DNA of 33,000 bases, from contig RDEW01000019.1 of NCBI GenBank assembly GCA_011109175.1, positions 650,482-683,481 of the forward strand. Reading direction: 5' to 3'. Below are positions 1 to 12,337 of this stretch, piece by piece. The notes beneath the pieces were generated by a model. The model saw nothing but the letters and a program-made list of their open reading frames with translations, did no database searches and had not been told where the DNA came from. The position numbers and the translations under genes are program-made. The DNA is from Dicyema japonicum (lineage: Eukaryota; Animalia; Dicyemida). Numbering within the stretch: position 1 is the first letter of the stretch; every line of letters begins with the position of its first letter.

Positions 1-116
1 TCGTGCTCTTCACTATCCGTTCTACCGACTTTCTCTATGTAACTTTCCTTCACGCAGTCTTCGCAGTTCACCGAGGTCGTCAATAAGGTAGAATAGACAG
101 ATTGAGACTTAGACAT
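1..116 (-). CDS. possible 5' end of an unknown gene running off the left edge
   Basis: ATG at 116 downstream of an AT-rich stretch; open frame MSKSQSVYSTLLTTSVNCEDCVKESYIEKVGRTDSEEH to the window edge; no recognisable motif. Confidence 0.2.
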   Translation of the reverse strand, partial: MSKSQSVYSTLLTTSVNCEDCVKESYIEKVGRTDSEEH

Positions 117-675
117 TATTAGAGAGGTGTCGACCACTCTCCAAGAAGAATTAAATATTTTTAATTTCAGCGTCGCGAAACCGAATGGTTGTTACAAAGG
201 ATTTCTCTGGCAGTTGTCAGGGAAAACAGCCATTCCATTCTATCTGCTGGATTATTTTGATTGTCTTGTTTCTTAATAAAATTGTTTTCTCTTTTCAATC
301 TCAAAAAAAATATCGTAAATTTGTTTAAATTTGAATTTTAACGTTCAAAAAATCTATATTGGATCAAAATATGTTGCAATTATATATTTCGATACTCAAA
401 AAATGTTTAGTTTTTATAAAAAAAAAAAAAAACATCTATAATCATATCAATATTTGGTCGAATTTTATTTTTTCTAGTTGTTGAAAGCGCTACGGCACGT
501 GGGCTACTTCCTTAGTTTGCACATAGTGTAGGGTTTCGTTTTATTTTTTTAAAAGCGCTTGAAATCACTACAGATTGTCACAGTTAAATCCCTTAGGTCT
601 CTTTGAATTGAGCTATCACTGATCACGCCGTCACTTGTCAAATCAAAAAACATAAAACCTTCACCATATTGGATA

Positions 676-738
676 GCTAAGAGATTCGAACTCAGAAACA
701 TATGGAATCTGTCCGAGACTTCTAACACTAAGCCATTT
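676..738 (-). pseudogene. tRNA-derived relic / SINE head
   Basis: minus strand reads TGGCTTAGTGTTAG (A-box-like) then GAGTTCGAATCTC (B-box/T-loop); no intact cloverleaf. Confidence 0.45.
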
Positions 739-1022
739 ATTTATTTACCCCCGGTCCCTTAGAGTGAAAGAACCGGTGACTAACAAGTACGTCACAGCCA
801 AGAACAGACGCTCCCCGAGATCCGACAGGTATATTTGGTTATGTCAGAACTCGGAGGTGGACACGGAACACTTGGTTTTCATGCAGATCACCTGCTCATT
901 GAGGAAACTGCTTACATTTGTAGTAAACAGACCCAACTTATTTCCCTTACCAAACAACTTCCATATATTTTGCTTCGTAGTAGCTACGAGACGAGCGCCA
1001 GGCTAACGTACCCAGATTACTT
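739..1022 (-). mobile_element. 284-nt retroposon insertion with 16-bp target-site duplication
   Basis: exact direct repeat TAACACTAAGCCATTT at 723-738 and 1023-1038; 3' end CCGGGGGTAAATAAATAAA like other retroposon tails in the window. Confidence 0.75.
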
Positions 1023-1089
1023 TAACACTAAGCCATTTTAACTAATCTGCCAAATTAAGTGAGTTAAAAAAATTTTAAATAAAAATAAA

Positions 1090-2737
1090 TTAAATTTCAG
1101 ACTTCTTATTAAGTTGTTCTTTAAGCCTATTCCACGTTTTTTCAACCTAAAATAGTAGCAATCATCCAACCTGTTTTCTAGTAAAAGAATAATCCCATTT
1201 TGTGCAAAATATGACATTCGCATTCTGAACAAAGGTTTTATCATCATTCAACGTTGATATTCGTTTTCTCGCCTCTTCCATTTCCAGTCCATTTCTTCTA
1301 CACAGTCGCTCGCAGGCCAGTTCTCTATCCAAAACGGTCACCCAGAGCTCATTCATGAACAAATGAAAGTTCGCCTCGATAATCAACGCGCCGTCAAAAA
1401 TTAAAATCTCGTGCCCTTTGGTTATCCCATCTCACCAACCTTCATCAAAGAGTTCTTTTGCTTTCTTGAAGGACAATTCACGGATTTTTGGCCTAACAAT
1501 CGAACTCAGTTTCTCCAGCAAAATTTTGTCATTAAAAACGATCCTTCCAAGTTCCTTTCGGTTAATAGTCCCATCAGAAGAAATTATCCGGTCTCCAAAG
1601 GTTTCCACAAGTTTGTAGTACACTGAGGTCCCAGGATTATAAGCTTCATGAGCTATTTGTTAAATATTGATGAGAATCACCGATTTGGTCCATTTCAAGA
1701 AAACCAGCCCCCAGTTCCTTAAATTGCCGACCAATAGAAGTCTTTCCACTGCAGCTGCAGCCAGTAAGACCAATCAAGTAAGCTCTCCTACCCAACAACT
1801 CCTCAACTTGTAGCGGATCGGAGCGAGGAGGCCTTACTAAGGCTCCTAGGCTACTCAGGCGGATCTGACTTGAGCACAATTTGTCCCCGTTCTGGTTTTC
1901 TATGAGGCCAACCACGTGGATGGAGACCTTCTCACAATTCTATAAATATTTATATTTTCGTACATTTTTCTGTCGAATTTCGTTCAAATCTTCTACATAG
2001 GATACTGTCTCTTTCGTCACAACGAGACAATCAATTTCCCCATTCGTGGTGACTGGTCCATATCGGTCCTCAAGTGGACAAACTTCGACGTCAATTCCAG
2101 GACTTGTGGTTTCACAAAATTCAAGGACTGAACTACAACGCTGTTCGTAGCTTTCTATAAGGCAGCTGAGTTCTTTCTTTTCAACAATTTTATCAGTTGT
2201 GACGCCGATAATTAATTTGGATCTTGTCAAGAGACAGGACTCACTTAGAAGCAATTTGTGTCCGTTATGTAGTCGATCGAATGTCCCACCAACTGCCACC
2301 TTGGAAAATTTTCCTAGTAAATTAGGTTGAAAGTCAATTTTTTGTCCCACAAGAAGATTTTTGAAGTGAAAATTTAAATAATTTGAAATTAAATTCGGAC
2401 TTGTTTGGGAATTCGATAAAATATTAATTTTTTGATTTAACAAACCGTATTCAATTTCATTTCTATAAATTAAATTTTTTAATAAAAAATAAATATTCTT
2501 TTCGTTAAATCTTTCTTCAGCAATTTGATAGAAATTATTTAATAATTCTGAAATATCAGCGTGAGAATAAGACGGACAAAAATAAGGGATATTGAGATTA
2601 TCTCCAAAATATGGTGCAAGACAAACAAAAATTCTATTTGAAGTAAAGTTGAAAATACTGTCAGAAAGTTCATAAAGGCATGATTTAATAGTATTTTTAG
2701 GGCAAGTTAAAAATACAAACGTTTTACTCGAAACCAT
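1090..2737 (-). CDS. COASY: bifunctional coenzyme A synthase (PPAT + dephospho-CoA kinase), 5 exons
   Basis: VAVGGTFDRLHNGHK (cytidylyltransferase HxGH), IGLTGCSCSGKT P-loop, DGTINRKELGRIVF; four GT-AG introns of 24,28,24,24 nt restore one frame ending VEKTWNRLKEQLNKKSEI*. Confidence 0.93.
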
Positions 2738-2959
2738 AAATATACAAATATAACACCACAAAATTAGATAAATTTTAAAAATAAATTAAATAAAAATTAA
2801 TTTTTATAAAATTAACGTTAAATAATTTAGTCTTTTTTCAGAGGAAGCGACGTTAAGAAATGGCCACGGCTTCCTATGTTTCTGTAAGAAGCTAAGAAAC
2901 AATTAAAAGAGAGAGGGAGACCCATGCAAAGGAATTCAAATCGACCATAACGAAGTTTA

Positions 2960-3128
2960 CTCTTATAGAATACTTCTGCAGACATCAAAGAAGGCACTTC
3001 TGGAGGGTAGTTGGTCAGCTGGGGAACATTTTAGGATAATTTGCGAGATTTCGGAAGGTGGGATCACCTAATTAGTGAATTAACATTTTTTCTTGGTGGT
3101 CTTGAGGTTTTAAAATATAAATAAAACA
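2960..3128 (+). repeat. retroposon family E, 3' part
   Basis: GCTGGGG...GGATCACCTAATTAG...TTTTTCTTGGTG...TAAATAAAA aligns with 32770-32915(-) and 31885-31960(-). Confidence 0.45.
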
Positions 3129-3159
3129 AAAATTTGATATAATTTTTCCAAATCCAGTT

Positions 3160-3382
3160 TCTTAGAGGTTTCATCGGATCTATCGTCCAATGTTTAGACG
3201 GCATATAGAAAGGATCCATCTCTTTTATACTCCAGTGGAGAGGTCCCACATAGTAAATGTTAACGGACGTGATTTTCGAAAGGATGTTATCTCAAGTTGA
3301 TCGTAGAAACCAGATAAACCTTAATTAGACGTTAATTAACTCTTAACTTTTTTTCTTTATATTCGGAATTATTAAATAAATT
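3160..3382 (+). repeat. SINE-like family C, degenerate copy
   Basis: GGATC..CGTCCAATG..CGGCAT..AAAGGATCC..ACTCCAGTGGAG..GGACGT..GAAACCAGATA..CTTAATTAG..TAAATAAA, collinear with the copies at 18.8 kb and 28.3 kb. Confidence 0.55.
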
Positions 3383-3904
3383 ATATTCCAATCATATATC
3401 TTTAGACAACTAAACTTTACAGGGACACAACATATTAAAAGTGATTCCTTTCATAGTATGAGAATTTTCTGGGCTTTAACTACATATCCTCCCATCTAGA
3501 CGTCTTGCCATTAATCGTAGTTTAACTTTATTAAGGAAGAGAATGAAAGTCAACTGGACGGTCAACCTGTGTTACCCTTTTCATTAAGAGATGGTGACAC
3601 CTTGTACTTTGAAGATGTTTCAATATTTGTTTGAGAGTGTAGGTATGATAGGCTGTCTTTAGTAAGTTTCGTTTTCAATCGACAAAATGTGTTTCGAGAA
3701 AGAGTGAACTTGAAATCTGTTCTTACGTTTTAATTGGCGGCTTCTAGAATAACTAGCAATCAGCGATTTCGTAGACTAAAGTTGACCGGATTAACTGGAG
3801 GTAAATATTTTTAGATTATTAACATTTATCATTTAACAATAAAAATATTAATTAAAAAATTTAATTTTAATTAATAAAAAATTTGAATTTTTCCGACGTT
3901 GTGG

Positions 3905-4318
3905 ATGGATAACTTTCATTATTTGTTGATTGTAAACAGAAAGAATAATTTAATTTACGAATGCACATGCAATTTAAAATCGAAAGACAAACAAGAGAGA
4001 TTAACAACCCAATCTCTGGCATACAGCAGCCTTGACCTTATTGCGAACATTTATTGGCAGAAAGAGACTAATTATCTTGGAATAGTTGACAGATTCTGCC
4101 AATATGTTGTTTCTGCATTTGTGGCTTATAGCGGAGTCGTTTTCTTGCTTGTGCACCATGACATTGGGGATTATACGGACAAATCATACCTTACCGATGT
4201 CTTTGAGTGTTATTCCAGATTCTGTATGGACCCATTTTTCGACTTTGACGGTTACATTAAATCGAATGAGTTTTCTGATCAAATCAGACAAATTTGCCGC
4301 AAGTATAACGGACATTGA
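3905..4318 (+). CDS. TRAPPC2: trafficking protein particle complex subunit 2 (sedlin/Trs20), intronless
   Basis: 137 aa; HYLLIVNRKNNLIYE, AYSSLDLI, NYLGIVDRF, VSAFV, MDPFF sedlin motifs. Confidence 0.88.
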   Translation: MDNFHYLLIVNRKNNLIYECTCNLKSKDKQERLTTQSLAYSSLDLIANIYWQKETNYLGIVDRFCQYVVSAFVAYSGVVFLLVHHDIGDYTDKSYLTDVFECYSRFCMDPFFDFDGYIKSNEFSDQIRQICRKYNGH

Positions 4319-5149
4319 TATTTAAATTTTTTTTTCGTTTTTAATAAAATATTTAATTTTATTTTAAAAAAATTTTATTTTTAATTTTCGTTGTAAATTT
4401 TTAAATTTATTTCAGAACAAGTAACCATAAACGAGTCCTCACTATCAATGTTTTGTGGGTTCGTTGTTTCTTACCAACGATTGATCAAAGGTTTTTCTTA
4501 CATACCTCTGTTCTTATTATTCCCTCGTTCTACTCGAGTTGCGTCATGGGATTCACATGTTTAGACTTACCCCCATTCCAGTGAGGCTAAAAAGAGATCA
4601 TTTGCTCTACTCCACTTTATTGTGACGGTATCCATAAATGCATAGATTGGATGTTATCATACCTTTTAGTTGGTCTTAGATGAACTTGTGTGTGATAGAC
4701 GCATTATGTTCAAAATAAAATTTTCGGTAGTGAAGTACCTCTGTTTCACGAATGTCTAAATTTTTTCAAGATGGAGGTAACATTTCATTCCTATTCTTCC
4801 AAAGTAAAAAGACAGACTGATTTACTTGGGAGACAATGGCTAACAAAGTTTCGGAATAGCGAAGTGTCAGACGCTTTACTCTTGGTTCGAATCTTGCCTA
4901 GTACAAAATTTTGAGGATGATTGACAAGTCTGCCTTGAGGAGGAACAAGAAAGTTATTAGTTTTAACTCTGAAACGTCCTTGATTTTCATGCGCAAATGA
5001 AAAAAACCCTCAAAATTGGAATTTTACCGCGTAATTCAAAACCGCCAAATTCATCATTTCTAGTGTTAAAGCAAATAATTCTCAAATGAAACCAAAGAAA
5101 TCAAAATAACCTATATTTTGAGAATCGAAAAAATTCATAAAAAATTAAT

Positions 5150-5888
5150 TCATATATCAAAAAATGCACAAAAATTAATGAAGCCATTCAACTGATTTGG
5201 TTGAACAGTTGAAGTAACATGTGTAATCATTTCCCTTTGGTCTCCATTCGTGATGATGTAAACTAAGCTAAATTATAGTAGTGAACTTATAAAGAATCCT
5301 GAATCGGTAATTCTCATATTATTTAAAATTCCATTATCTAGAAAATTTACGATACCTCTTAGTGGTCTTCTTCCAAGGCTATAACAGTCAATTATTTGCC
5401 AACTTCTCCCTCAAATAGTTTTCTAAGTAATCATTCGCAAATCCCATGAGAAAAAGATCGCCACGAGTCTCATTTCCGGAATCTATTTTAATAATTTCGG
5501 CTCCATTAGGACTCTTCCCAGCAATTATCAATTTCTAAAATAAGTGAATTTGACGATACCCAAGAATGTCGACTACTTAAAACATAAGAGAGTAATTCAG
5601 TTTTTACGTCATTTATATTTATTTGATTCCGCCTCCTAGAAATATTTGGAACATTTAAACTCAATTAAAGATGATACTATAGCACTTATATCAGTAAACT
5701 CTGATAATGGTCCCGCAATTGCGACAGAAAACACTCCTAGGTATCCCATAATCTTCCAGCGTTCTCCATCTAGATTTCAGATAGTTTAATTAGCTACCTC
5801 CTGTTCTCTCTTTCATTATACCCCCCAATATGACTCCATTATCGTATCTAAAAGCTATTACTTGCTCACAGATTATGCTATTATTCAT
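5150..5888 (-). CDS. highly divergent proteasome beta-type (Ntn-fold) subunit, 6 exons; absent from the ORF track
   Basis: five introns (28,25,25,25,24 nt) give a ~200-aa frame with VIAFRYDNGVILG, VAIAGPLSEFTDI, KLIIAG, MGFANDYLENYLRE, IYIITNG in the order expected for beta subunits. Confidence 0.68.
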
Positions 5889-6009
5889 TTATTGTAGAAT
5901 ATTTATATAATTTTTTATTTAGTAATGGAATCAATTTTATTTATAATGAAAATAATATTTAAATTTAATTTAATAAATTAAATAAATAATAAATAAATAG
6001 TTGCAAAAA

Positions 6010-6400
6010 ACACTTTTTACCCCGGAGAAATCAGTCACCACATTATTCACTTCGACGAAAGTTTAAGCAGACTGACGATAGAGCTAAAAGTGGATAATGC
6101 CGAAATCCCCTTTATTGAACATCATAAAATTCTGGGAGTCATATTCGACATGCACATGTGCTACACACAACATGTCGAAAACGTGATCATCAAATGCGAG
6201 AAAAATGCTAAAGTTCTGAAATGCATCTCATGAGTATGGAAGGAAACCATCCAGTTATGAACTCTATCTACAAGCAGTACTTAGGTCATGCATCTCATAT
6301 GCGTGTGCTATCTGGAACTTGTTTATCTCTTGGACAAATTCCATGAAGATTTAAAATTACCAGCATGCCTCTGGAATCCATAATACGTAAAACTGAGGAA
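6010..6400 (+). mobile_element. decayed non-LTR (I/Jockey-group-like) RT C-terminal fragment
   Basis: HKILGVIFDMHMCYTQHVENVIIKC...KVLKCIS, SIYKQY; stops and frameshifts. Confidence 0.6.
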
Positions 6401-6769
6401 CGTGCAGTTTGTGACTAAGTGGAACCATACGGTCGATTCGTCCTTGCGTGGGCTCGATGAAGGAACATGTGCCATCTGAAATATCTTTTGGAGTGTGTGC
6501 CGGGATTATGTGATTAGTATGGCAACATAAGTCAATAAAGTCAATTTCAATTCAGCTAAAAATAATGACTTATTTAAAAAAATGACAGAAAAAAATTTCT
6601 ATAAAAAGTTTTTTAGGTCAATTTTTAAATAATTTAACTAATATAATTATATCATAATTTTAAGCATCAAAATAAATTTAAAATAATCGGCGTGACATTT
6701 CTGTCTTTAACAAATTTTTAACTAAATTATACAGTACATAGCCTAAAAATAATTATTCCGATTATAAAA

Positions 6770-7100
6770 ATGCTAAAAATATTTGTGCCAAATATCCCAA
6801 AGATTTTTCAATTACACCGAATGGAATGCTTTTTTGTAAATTATTTGAGTTACCCGTAACTTGCAAGAAACAATTTTTTTGTGAACAAACATAGGGAAAC
6901 ACAGAAGCACTCTTCACGAATAAATATATCCACAAATAAAAAACAATTGAATATTGTTCCAAATGATTTGTTCAGAAATTTTGCAAGAGGTAACGGAAGC
7001 ATTTGTATCCGCAAACATTCCACTCAATAAATTGAGGAATCGAGCAATTATCAACTATTCGAAAGTATTGGGCATCAACTTCCTTCAGATTTTCTGATGG
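6770..7100 (+). mobile_element. hAT/CGGBP1-like transposase remnant (BED-finger region)
   Basis: KYPKDFSITPNGMLFCK..TCKK and EVTEAFVSANIPLNKLRNR; frameshifted. Confidence 0.55.
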
Positions 7101-7714
7101 CGCAAGTTGTGGTCTCTACTTCACAATCAAAAAGGACCCACTACCCTTTCCAATCCAAGAAGATCATCCTTCCTGGACGGCCCCCTATTGGCCACTAATT
7201 AAAAAATATATCTGAAAAATTCAATAATGTAATTTTTAATTCATTAGTTTATTTTCTGACATATAAATTTTATAAATAAATGCTATAAATTTTTAAACCA
7301 CAATTATTGACATAAAACGTGTTTGGTTCACTGTTATGTCAAAGAGCACTACATTAATAAATAACAAATCGAAGATGTATGCTTATGATTAAGATGAATA
7401 CGAAATACAGAATGCTCGACTGTTTTGTTTTTATTCAATAAAATATTCAATCCATCAAAGAATTTTAAAAGTGCTACAACAAATAATTAATCATAAGATA
7501 TATTTTCAGAGATATAGGATGTCCTCCAGACGTTGTTACCACAAGGTATTCCTAGATAAAATTTAGTGAGCTAGCTGGTTTGTTGCAGTAAATTAACTGT
7601 TCCTTACGTTCAACATTACTTAATTTGTGTGTTAATTAAAAATTCATTCATTCACCCTATTAGATACCTGATCGAAGAATTTTTATAGTTCTTTGGCTTC
7701 TTTGAGCTCTAAGA

Positions 7715-7805
7715 GGCGTAATATGATGCCCAGTGCCTGAGTGGAATCCGAAAAGATTTCTTTCTTTTCTACTATACTGGAGGGGTTCCACAACTGCGGA
7801 TATGG
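7715..7805 (+). repeat. fragment of the family C core
   Basis: TGATGCCCAGTGCC...ACTGGAGGGGTTCCACAACTGC matches the sense strand of the 18.9 kb copy. Confidence 0.55.
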
Positions 7806-8218
7806 ATGGATTTGATTAGAAAGTACATGACTTACTTTGACAGCGAGAATGGGTATACTCTAATTAGATGTTACTCAACTAAACTTTTTGCGATACATCC
7901 TCGGTTAGAAACTGAAATTATTCTAGCTTGCTTTTTGAGAGATTCTCCTTACAGATTGTTCATCTCCCTGATCAATCCACTGGTGAAAATAACTCTTCAG
8001 CCTAAGAATGAAATGATGTTTGCGACTGTAGGTCATGTGATTAAAATGGAAGAGGACGAACCTCCTTCTTCACCTTGAAGCGGAAGCCTGTAATGGACTA
8101 CCAGAAAATGGATTGGTCAATAAAAGCTGCGTTCTCCCTTGGGTTTTTCCTTGGATTAATTAGTTGTGACTGTTTGTGCTAGGCTTACCAAAGATTGTAA
8201 GCCTGGAATTAAATAAAA
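7806..8218 (+). mobile_element. 3' end of an RTE-like LINE with family A tail
   Basis: GHVIKM motif; ~170 nt (CGGAAGCCTGTAATGGACTA...TTGGATTAATTAGTTGTGACTGTTTGTGCT..TAAGCCTGG) repeated at 16505-16700. Confidence 0.6.
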
Positions 8219-8549
8219 AGGTCGTTAGGGGAAATTCGTTTTTAATTCTGAGAGCAACCAGCCTTGAGTGAAAACAACTTATAGTAGTTGTTAATAGTGT
8301 GTTTAAATAATGTGGCACATGGCCCACTGGTTACACATGGGCTACATTTTTTACCTTGAAAGTGACATATATCAAGTCTTTGATTGTCAGAATTTTATTT
8401 TTTATGGTGGCAACCTTGAGTTTCTAGCGTGATTTCCAGCGCGCTATTTTTAGTCGCTTCTTATAAAGGTTATGTGAAAAATAGTTTGGAATGTGAAATT
8501 TTAAAAGACGCTATACGAAATATTAAATTAACTTTTAAATTTCGCATTT

Positions 8550-8990
8550 AAGATGTTTTTGAGAACATTGTAAATGCAAGAAGACTTGCCTGTTTCAAAA
8601 CAGCTAGCTGTCATTTAACGGGTGCTTGATTGAATGCTCATCCACGTGCTGAAATTGCAACTTACTGGATATGATAATGAGAATACCTGCCTCGCTCATT
8701 ATTTGCCTTAAAGTGTGTGTTGACAATATTTATGACTGTTTCTCTCTCATGCTTGTCTCAACATGACGTTGAAAATGCACTTTTTGACCATCATTGTCTT
8801 TGGAGCCAAGTAGTCTTTCACGGATCGCGGTAAACGTCTTGATGGGATGACAACCTTCACCTTTGGTAATAAACAAAATCTGTTGGGAACGCTTTGTGCG
8901 TTAAACTACTCTCAGAAAAAAACTAGGCTGCTTCTGTGTCGGACACAGAGCATACTTCTAAGTAAGTCGAAGATTACAAAAAGTAAGCAA
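8550..8990 (+). mobile_element. decayed CRE-like (RLE) non-LTR fragment
   Basis: FKTASCHLTGA*LNAHP and TDRGKRLDGMTTFTF resemble the CRE-type GAWL and RPDGxT motifs. Confidence 0.5.
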
Positions 8991-9865
8991 TAAATATTTC
9001 AGAAGACTATTTGTGGAGACATCGAGAGAATCTTTGGCCCACAAACGGACGACCTAGTGTGTCAGATCGAATCAATGATCAAAAATGTGACCAAGGATCA
9101 ACGCAAGATAGGTTAGTAAGTGGAAACAGTCTGCCCATTCACACGTTCTCAATTATAGTCATCATTTCATTATTTTTAATAGTAGCCTTTTCACAGTACG
9201 TTGTAATAAGGACTCAACCTTTTTGCTTCTCGAAACACAACATTTCTATCCAAAAGCATGAATATTTCAATCCATCAAAAAATGCTAAAGTTGAAATGAC
9301 ATGAAAGTGTTTCGTTCAGTCCATCTATCCACCCAAAACTAGAATCTGTCATTACCATGGAGATTATAATAATTACAAAGATGATTGATGAGCTGATTAG
9401 AATTGGTTTGACTCGAAAGAAGGTGTGGTATAAGCCTCGATGATGCGTTTTTCTTTACTTCGGAACAGACATTGAAGTTTAATTATTCTGTTATTGTAGG
9501 GAATGCCGGAAATATTCAAAAATTTTTATAAAATAATAGACCGTGGAACTGCCTACTGCTAAAGGCATTATCGGTTATTACGTTCATCGACTTTCTCTAG
9601 CGAGAAGTTATTTGGACTCTCATAAGGATCGTCTGTCTGATGACTGCCTCTCTAAAGCATGGAACATTCTGAAAAATGCCAAGAAAATAGAAGCGATTTA
9701 TTTACCCCTGGTCCCTTCACGAGAAGATAACCAATAGATAACAGGAAAGTAACTACCAAAAGCTGACGGTCTCAGAGTTCTTTCGAGTATATCTTATGTG
9801 GCGTATAACTCAAAGCAGATCAGGACGAGAGAAGAGATGATTCTCGGTTTTAGATAATTCAATTA

Positions 9866-10137
9866 AAAAAATTAAAATTATTTCCAAAAACCAAGGGTAA
9901 CCAAACTAACTAACTCCTCGATCGTGACTCGCTCCAGGGTTCCAGAACTTGTCACCAGGTAACGACGTTGTCCCAGGGGAAGAATTGTTGGATTCTCTTG
10001 ATGCCGGCCAGGCATTGGGCGCCTTTTCAGTAAGGTGGATCCAGTGACGCCATCAAAAAAAAAAATAATTTTGACAAACTATCTACGTAGCACCAATAAC
10101 AAACTATCCACGTAGCATCACATGGAACCACGTTCCA
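9866..10137 (-). repeat. SINE-like family B copy
   Basis: highly similar over ~180 nt to 22175-22416; ACGTGG/CATGTG/TACGTGG head with one duplicated unit, T11 tract, pseudoknot core at 9989-10052. Confidence 0.85.
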
Positions 10138-10266
10138 CTGATAAAGACGTTATCCTATAGCAGAATTATTTATCAAAAAATTAAATATTTACGTTAAATT
10201 TAAATTAAAGTTATAAAATTATTATTTAAAATTTTAAATAATAAATTAAAAATTATTTTAAGTGGC

Positions 10267-11680
10267 ATGGTTACTTATGACACCAAAATTTTTAGGAAGA
10301 ATTATACGTCAGCAGTGTATCAAAAAATTTAGCAGATTCTGGAAACATATTCATAGTAGATAACAGGACCAATACAATTGCTGACATTATGCCTGCAGAA
10401 CTAATAGACAAAATAGAGGAACTAGAAAAAGTTGTGAGTATGGGATAATTTTGTTATGTTTAGTCCTAAATTGCTGCAAGTTCAAACGATTCCGCGTGGA
10501 AGAGCTGAACCTGAAATTGATGACACAAGCCTACAAAATTTAAGGTAATATATTTATTTTAAATTTAAAAATTAATTAAAATTTAATTTTTAAATTAAAT
10601 TTAGATTAAAAATGGAAGATACTAAAAAGCGACTGTCTGAAAGAGGTTATACGTACAAACGCAGAAAATGCTGTATTTATTCATCTCGTTATTTATTCCC
10701 TGGAATTGTTAGTACATAGTATTCCTTAGTGTAGACTTCAAAGGGAAATCACAACGTGCCTCTAAAAAATGTTCCTGCTTTAACCGTACAGGTTTATCGA
10801 GGGAAAAATAGCACCACTTTACCTGAAAATACATTCCGATCTAAGCATTTGTCATCTTCAAAAGAGTTTAGTGAGAAAAATTCAATGGTTTTCTCAAAAA
10901 TTTAATTAAAAGAATTCCATGTCTTTGGAAAGTCCAGAACAGGAGTACGTAGTGTTGGTCTCTCAGTTTCTTACCAATTTGAGGGATTGTATTAGATGTA
11001 CGAAGGATTTAGAGATCCCGGGGGAACTCAGTTCACAGTCTGAATTAGACATAAACCAAATCAGGACTGGGGTTTGAAATTTCATCGAATTTTAAGGAAT
11101 TGTACAAGTCTGGGCTATTTTATATCGGAAACTCGTATTACGATGACTGCAGGAGTCCCTTTTCTATAAAATACAGCGAGTTAGTTTATTTTTTTATTTT
11201 ACAGTTCAATTAAAAATTGGGCCAGCGACAACAACAAATCAACAAAAAATGGCTGTGATTGGCTCCAAAGACTTGCAAGTTCAAATCAAAATAAAATGGA
11301 ACTTACTAGATTCGCTGATTTGGACCTTCAATTGGGATTTCCTTATGTTTATCTACATCAAGGAAATTGCCAGCATATCCTAATTTTCACAGACATCAGG
11401 TTGGTCCCTGATTTGGTAATATAGGTTGTTGACCGATCAGGACGAACAGGACCTTAGCAAATATCCTCTGCGTATTGGAAAAGTGATTAGAAAGAAACTT
11501 CCCTGTCAATGCTGCAAATTAACCTTGGCCAAATGGATTACTACTGAACACCCTTTGTGTCCCCATGATCCCTGTTATTTATGCCAATCTTGTTATACTT
11601 TGCTTAGTTTTGACGAAAGTGGAAACAAATTGGCTGATTTTAAGACTTATTATTATGCCGAAGCTGATTTTGTACTTTAA
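10267..11680 (+). CDS. SNAPC3: snRNA-activating protein complex subunit 3 (SNAP50), 9 exons; one apparent 1-nt deficit near 10426-10430
   Basis: LYKSGLFYIGNSYYDD, LGFPYVYLHQGNCQHILIFTDIRL, CQCCK..PHDPCYLCQSCY zinc finger; introns 26,26,60,27,25,25,25,25 nt; 5' exons less certain. Confidence 0.9.
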
Positions 11681-11869
11681 ATTGTATTTTAATGTTGAAA
11701 ATAAAAAATTTAATTTAATATATTTAATCTTGCTATATGAGTCTATTCAGTAAAAAAAACCGTACAGACTTGTAAGCGTAGTCAATCATGAACGTGGTGG
11801 TTAAAAATAGTTGAATTCTGGATGACTCGGAGTTTCAGATTAGAATGTAACGGGAGGGGGATGCCCGGC

Positions 11870-12130
11870 TAAGCGGGCGTAATTGAACATGCTTCTTGCC
11901 AATTGTTTGCAGATATTCTATAGATTGGGCGTGAGATATACTTACGACAGGACGGAGGGCATTTAATTTCTCTTCGAATTGCTAGCAAGACATTTAATAT
12001 GCTGGTTATAGGAGAGATTTTGGTCAAAAGTAACACCCAGTATTTTGGGGTGTTTGATAGCAGAGAACAGTAGTGTAGTGACAGAGTTGGTTGGATGTTC
12101 AACTGTCTCTTTTCAGAAGTGAAAAGAGTG
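11870..12130 (+). mobile_element. very decayed LINE RT fragment
   Basis: HASCQLFADI (YADD-like) and QYFGVFD (YLGV-like) remnants. Confidence 0.3.
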
Positions 12131-12157
12131 ACAGATGATTCAGGGAGTAGACATCAA

Positions 12158-12222
12158 GTTGGAGCTTAGTGGTAAATTGCCCGCTTAGCATACAGGAGGT
12201 CCAGGGTTCGATCTCCATTTTT
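12158..12222 (+). pseudogene. tRNA-Ala(AGC)-like pseudogene / SINE head
   Basis: GAGCTTAGTGGTAAA (A-box), TTAGCAT anticodon loop, AGGTCCAGGGTTCGATCTC (B-box), then a T run; acceptor and anticodon stems broken. Confidence 0.55.
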
Positions 12223-12337
12223 ATATTTTTACAGAGTTAACACTACTTGTTCGCAACATAATTCATCAAATCATTAATGGACTGTAGAGAAATTGTTACT
12301 ATTTTTACTGTAAAGTTTTATTATTTTTCTCAACAAA

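Noticed and set aside
764-1041. ORF-track ORFs inside SINE-like elements (also 21076-21356, 22110-22376, 28231-28546)
   Set aside because: Frames are not conserved between copies; incidental ORFs in GC-richer repeats
3400-3830. Possible micro-intron gene upstream of TRAPPC2
   Set aside because: Trial splicing on both strands needed atypical 16-19 nt introns or hit stops
9637-9670. CTGATGA..stem..GGAAC possible hammerhead
   Set aside because: Core mismatched, no supporting stems, single copy
9011-9850. Short ORFs and one intron-like segment
   Set aside because: Could not be spliced into a coherent frame and no motif recognised; may be a decayed gene or TE
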